Shown piece by piece: positions 17,579 to 21,791 of a DNA stretch of 21,791 nt. Numbering within the stretch: position 1 is the stretch's first letter; each line of letters starts with the position of its first letter. The notes under the pieces are model-generated. The model was given only the letters and a program-made list of their open reading frames with translations, was not told the DNA's origin and searched no databases. Source of the DNA: a candidate division WOR-3 bacterium. Its GTDB lineage: Bacteria; Hydrothermota; Hydrothermia; LBFQ01; DSFT01. A program made the position numbers and the translations under genes. Where the stretch lies: contig CBFGJN010000031.1 in NCBI GenBank assembly GCA_965649115.1, positions 1 through 21,791 of the forward strand. Direction: 5' to 3'.

Positions 17579-17584
17579 GAACTT

Positions 17585-19678
17585 ATGAAATATCCAATTG
17601 AAAAAATAAGGAATATAGGAATTATAGCTCATATAGATGCAGGTAAAACTACTACCACAGAAAGAATTTTGTTTTACACTGGAAGAAAACACAAAATTGG
17701 AGAGGTCCATGAGGGACAGGCTGAGATGGACTGGATGGAACAAGAAAGAGAAAGAGGAATAACAATAACAGCAGCTTCAACAAGTGTATTTTGGAAAGAT
17801 TGTATGATAAATATCATTGATACACCAGGACATGTTGATTTTACAATAGAAGTTGAAAGAGCTTTAAGAGTATTAGATGGAGCAGTTGTTATATTTGATG
17901 CAGAAGCAGGTGTAGAGCCTCAAAGCGAAACTGTTTGGAGACAAGCTGATAAATATAAGGTTCCAAGAATAGCATATATTAATAAGATGGATAAAATAGG
18001 TGCAAATTTCTTTAATGTAATTGAAATGATGGAAGAAAGATTATCTGCTATACCTTTACCCATACAAATTCCAATAGGAGCGGAAAGTTCATTTAAAGGA
18101 GTTGTGGATTTAATTAGAATGAAAGCAATAATTTGGCTTGAAGAAACGCTTGGAGCTAAATATGAAATTTTAGAAATTCCTAATGATTTAATTGATAAAG
18201 CAAAAGAATATAGAGAAAAAATGATAGAAATTCTTGCGGAATTTAACGAAGAAATAATGCTGAAATATATTGAGGGAACGGAAATAAGTGAAGATGATTT
18301 AATTAAAGCGATTAGAAAATCTACGCTTGCCTTTGAAGTTGTTCCAGTTCTATGTGGTTCTTCATTTAAAAACAAAGGAATACAACCACTACTTGATGCT
18401 ATTGTGGATTTTTTGCCATCTCCCGTAGATTTACCGCCTGTAAAAGGATTAAATCCTAATACAAATTTAGAAGAAACGAGATTAGCTGATGAAAATCAAC
18501 CCTTAACAGCACTTGCTTTCAAAATTATGACTGATCCTTATCTTGGAAAATTAACATATATTAGGGTTTATAGTGGTAAAATTACAGCAGGAACTTACGT
18601 TTATAATTCTACAAAAGGTGTAAAGGAAAGAGTTTCAAGAATTGTTCGTATGCATGCAAATAAAAAAGAGGATATAGAAGAATTAACTGCAGGTGATATT
18701 GGAGCTATAATTGGTTTAAGAAGTGCTACAACAGGTGATACAATATGCGATGAAAATCATCCTATATTATTAGAATCACTACAAGTTCCTGATCCCGTTA
18801 TTGCCCAAGCAATATATGTTAAAACAAAGGAAGAAAGAGAAAAATTAGCTCATGCACTTTCAAAGTTTATGGAAGAAGACCCATCATTTAGAGCTTGGAC
18901 TGATGAAGAAACTGGTGATACGATAATTGCAGGAATGGGAGAACTACATCTTGAAATTATTGTTGATAGAATGAAAAGAGAGCATAAAATAGATGTTCAA
19001 GTAGGATTACCACAAGTTGCATACAAGGAAACGATAACATCAAGTTCAAAACAAGAAGGAAAATATATACGACAAACAGGTGGTAGAGGACAATATGGAC
19101 ATGTTTGGATTGAAATTGAACCATTAGAAAGAGGCAAAGGATTTGAGTTCGTAAATTTAATTGTAGGAGGTAAAATTCCAAAGGAATTTATACCATCTGT
19201 TGAAAAAGGTATTAGGGAAGCTATGAAAAAAGGTGTATTAGCAGGTTATCCTGTTGTTGATGTTAGAGTTAAGCTATTTGATGGTTCTTATCATGAAGTT
19301 GATTCATCAGATATAGCATTTCAAATAGCAGCAAGTCAGGCATTCAAGGAAGCTATGAAAAATGCTAAACCAGTTTTACTTGAACCAATAATGAAAGTTG
19401 AAGTAGTAACACCACAAGATTATTTAGGAGAAGTTATTGGTGATTTAAATAGTAGAAGAGGTCATATTACTGCAATTGAAGATAGAATGAATTCAAAAGT
19501 TATAATTGCTTATGTGCCACTTTCTGAAATGCTAAACTATGCAACGACATTAAGGTCATTAACACAAGGAAGAGCATATTATACTATGATTTTTGATCAT
19601 TACGATATTGTTCCTTCAAGCATCACAGAAAAAATTATAAAAGAAAGACAGGAAAAATTATCTAAAATTAATAAGTGA
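17585..19678 (+). CDS. fusA: Elongation factor G
   Basis: [46 protein letters not shown]; start moved to ATG 17585 ([12 protein letters not shown]). Confidence 0.98.
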   Translation: MKYPIEKIRNIGIIAHIDAGKTTTTERILFYTGRKHKIGEVHEGQAEMDWMEQERERGITITAASTSVFWKDCMINIIDTPGHVDFTIEVERALRVLDGAVVIFDAEAGVEPQSETVWRQADKYKVPRIAYINKMDKIGANFFNVIEMMEERLSAIPLPIQIPIGAESSFKGVVDLIRMKAIIWLEETLGAKYEILEIPNDLIDKAKEYREKMIEILAEFNEEIMLKYIEGTEISEDDLIKAIRKSTLAFEVVPVLCGSSFKNKGIQPLLDAIVDFLPSPVDLPPVKGLNPNTNLEETRLADENQPLTALAFKIMTDPYLGKLTYIRVYSGKITAGTYVYNSTKGVKERVSRIVRMHANKKEDIEELTAGDIGAIIGLRSATTGDTICDENHPILLESLQVPDPVIAQAIYVKTKEEREKLAHALSKFMEEDPSFRAWTDEETGDTIIAGMGELHLEIIVDRMKREHKIDVQVGLPQVAYKETITSSSKQEGKYIRQTGGRGQYGHVWIEIEPLERGKGFEFVNLIVGGKIPKEFIPSVEKGIREAMKKGVLAGYPVVDVRVKLFDGSYHEVDSSDIAFQIAASQAFKEAMKNAKPVLLEPIMKVEVVTPQDYLGEVIGDLNSRRGHITAIEDRMNSKVIIAYVPLSEMLNYATTLRSLTQGRAYYTMIFDHYDIVPSSITEKIIKERQEKLSKINK

Positions 19679-20733
19679 GAATTTTTATATCTGCTGGTGA
19701 AGTTTCTGGTGATATAAGGGCAAGTGAATTAGTTAAGTCAATTAAAAAATATGGTAATTTTTCATTTTTTGGAATGGGAAGTAATTATCTTAAAAATGAA
19801 GGCGTTAATGTTATATACGATTTTAAAAATGATTCAGTAGTAGGAATTCAGGAAGCAATAATAAGATTAAAAAATATCTTTGAGACTTACAAAATTGTTT
19901 ATAGAGAAGCCTTAAAAAGTGATTTAGTTATCCTAGTTGATTATCCTGGGTTTCATCTTAAATTAGGAAATGACTTAATAAAAGCAGGAAAAAAAAATAT
20001 ATTTTACTACATTTTGCCACAAGTTTGGGCATGGGGACTTTTTAGGATTGAAACATTAAGGAAATTCAAAGGTTTATATTCAATTTTACCTTTTGAAAAA
20101 AAATTTTTTGAAAAATATGGAATAAGTGTAAAATTTTTTGGACATCCATTAAAAAAGCTCTTAAAAGAAAAAATAAATAAAATTCAAATTGAAGGAAAAC
20201 CAATAATAGGATTATTGCCGGGTTCAAGAAAAGATGAAATTAGGAGATTAATTCCAAGATTTTTAAAAATAAAAAAAGAAATTGAAAAAGTTTATAAAAA
20301 TGCAAAGTTTATTTTATCCTTATTGATTGATTATCCTATTAGTGAAGATGAAAATTTGAAAATTGTAAGAGGAAATTCAATTGAGATTATAAATTCATCT
20401 GATATTTTAATTGTTGCTTCGGGGACAGCAAGTTTAGAGTCAGCAATACTGAAAAAACCTGCTATTGTAGTATATTCAACAAGCGAGCTAACTTGGATAT
20501 TAGGAAGACTTATTGTTAAAGTTCCATTTATAAGTTTAGTAAATTTAATTTTAAATGAAATGGTTTATCCCGAGTACATACAACATATAAAACCCAAGGA
20601 AATAACAAAAAAATTAATAGAAATTCTTGAAAATCCACAAAAAATTACGGATAAACTTTATAAAATTGATGAATTATTAGGAGATGACAATCCTACTGAT
20701 AAAATTGCATTAGATATTTTAAATTCAATTTAA
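19675..20733 (+). CDS. lpxB: Lipid-A-disaccharide synthase
   Basis: [43 protein letters not shown]. Confidence 0.95.
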   Translation: MRIFISAGEVSGDIRASELVKSIKKYGNFSFFGMGSNYLKNEGVNVIYDFKNDSVVGIQEAIIRLKNIFETYKIVYREALKSDLVILVDYPGFHLKLGNDLIKAGKKNIFYYILPQVWAWGLFRIETLRKFKGLYSILPFEKKFFEKYGISVKFFGHPLKKLLKEKINKIQIEGKPIIGLLPGSRKDEIRRLIPRFLKIKKEIEKVYKNAKFILSLLIDYPISEDENLKIVRGNSIEIINSSDILIVASGTASLESAILKKPAIVVYSTSELTWILGRLIVKVPFISLVNLILNEMVYPEYIQHIKPKEITKKLIEILENPQKITDKLYKIDELLGDDNPTDKIALDILNSI

Positions 20734-20793
20734 TAAACTTTACCAAAAAGCATAAAAATTATTTAACTAAAAACCCCTAAAGGCAAAAATTGG

Positions 20794-21663
20794 TTAATTC
20801 AACAATTTACTTAATAATTTTGGGACTTCTTCGGGCAGACTTGCAACTTTAACACCTGCACTCTCAAATGCCTTTATTTTTTCTTCTGCTGTTCCTTCAC
20901 TTCCTGCAATAATTGCACCTGCATGTCCCATTCTCCTTTCAGGTGGTGCTGTTCTACCTGCTATAAAGGCTAATACTGGTTTCTTAAATTCTTTCTTAAT
21001 ATATTCAGCAGCATCTTGTTCATCTGTTCCGCCTATCTCACCTATTAGAATAACAGCATCAGTTTCATCATCTTCATTAAATAATTTTAAAATATCTACG
21101 AATTTTGAACCAATGACAGGATCCCCTCCAATACCAACAGCAGTTGATTGACCAAATCCATTTATTGTTAATTGATTAACGATTTCATAAGTTAATGTTC
21201 CACTTCTTGAAACTACACCTATTCTACCTCTCCTAAAAATATGAGATGGCATAATTCCAATTTTACATTCATTTGGTGTAATAATACCAGGACAATTAGG
21301 ACCAATAAGCCTAGTTCCTTTTTTATCAAGATAATTCTTAACTTTAATCATATCATGAATAGGGATGCCTTCTGTTATTACAACAATTAGGCTAATCCCA
21401 TTATCTGCAGCTTCATATATAGCATCTACTGCAAACTGTGGGGGGACAAATATGATTGAAGCGTTTGGTGAAGTCTTTTTAACTGCTTCCCTAACTGTAT
21501 CAAATATTGGAATTCCAAGATAATCGCTTCCTCCTTTCCCAGGTGTAACACCAGCAACGATTTTGGTGCCATATTCAAGCATCAATTTCGTATGAAAAGA
21601 TCCATCCCTTCCTGTTATTCCTTGAACAAGAACTCTCGTGTCTTTATTTATAAGAATTGCCAT
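20794..21663 (-). CDS. sucD: Succinyl-CoA synthetase alpha subunit
   Basis: [37 protein letters not shown] (phospho-His); start moved to ATG 21663. Confidence 0.97.
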   Translation of the reverse strand: MAILINKDTRVLVQGITGRDGSFHTKLMLEYGTKIVAGVTPGKGGSDYLGIPIFDTVREAVKKTSPNASIIFVPPQFAVDAIYEAADNGISLIVVITEGIPIHDMIKVKNYLDKKGTRLIGPNCPGIITPNECKIGIMPSHIFRRGRIGVVSRSGTLTYEIVNQLTINGFGQSTAVGIGGDPVIGSKFVDILKLFNEDDETDAVILIGEIGGTDEQDAAEYIKKEFKKPVLAFIAGRTAPPERRMGHAGAIIAGSEGTAEEKIKAFESAGVKVASLPEEVPKLLSKLLN

Positions 21664-21665
21664 TT

Positions 21666-21790
21666 TGAAAATTTTAAAGCAAATTAAATTTTCCCCACCC
21701 ACCCTATATTTAAGCCTTCGGCTTATAAATACCCGTTTAAATCTATAATTTCCTCAAAGCTTTTATAAGTTATTGATAATCAAGGATTTA
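21666..21790 (-). repeat. Dispersed intergenic element, copy 5 (internally deleted; upstream of sucD)
   Basis: Minus strand reads TTGATTATCAATAACTTA...GGGTATTTATAAGCC-GAA-GGCTTAAATATAGGGTGGGTGGGGAAAAT...GCTTTAAAATTTTCA; lacks the first hairpin and the RKACA block. Confidence 0.85.
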
Positions 21791-21791
21791 A

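Noticed and set aside
17438..17584. N-terminal extensions of fusA (also cas10 12653-12733, sucD 21664-21702, skp 2757-2786, nurA 311-337)
   Set aside because: The extensions run through the repeat, promoter or tRNA; family similarity begins at the downstream ATG
20734..20793. Terminator or repeat remnant in the lpxB/sucD convergent gap
   Set aside because: No convincing stem-loop and only trivial similarity to the element
21711..21725. AAGCCTTCGGCTT as a cUUCGg RNA tetraloop or intrinsic terminator
   Set aside because: The full stem closes a 3-nt loop, the tetraloop register would force a C-C mismatch, and there is no consistent U tract

Overview
Very AT-rich chromosomal window from a diderm bacterium (lpxB, Skp/OmpH and a TonB-dependent-receptor-like gene are present; a deep-branching, possibly thermophilic lineage is only a guess). 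Housekeeping content: NurA-family nuclease, Skp fusion, tRNA-Ser(CGA), YprB-like exonuclease, SIMPL protein, nadK, secF, secD, infA, agmatinase, fusA, lpxB, sucD. Inserted among them is a compact type III-A CRISPR effector operon (cas10-csm2-csm3-csm4-csm5, minus strand). Its Cas10 has lost the HD motif but keeps GGDD, and the window has no cas6, cas1/2, CARF effector or CRISPR array. Divergent from cas10 is a coupled gene pair, a TIR-like protein with a C-terminal membrane helix and a PIN nuclease, bracketed by direct repeats sharing 65 identical bp; this is a candidate new effector or toxin cassette. Those repeats belong to a dispersed GC-rich intergenic element with 5 substantial copies plus fragments. 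Its modules are a double IHF-like palindrome, two triloop hairpins, a G-box and a conserved AGAATTAYTRKACA block that lies exactly 27 nt upstream of a TAWAAT -10 box in four copies. Each substantial copy points at a gene start lacking a Shine-Dalgarno site. All calls come from motif recognition by eye; no searches were run.
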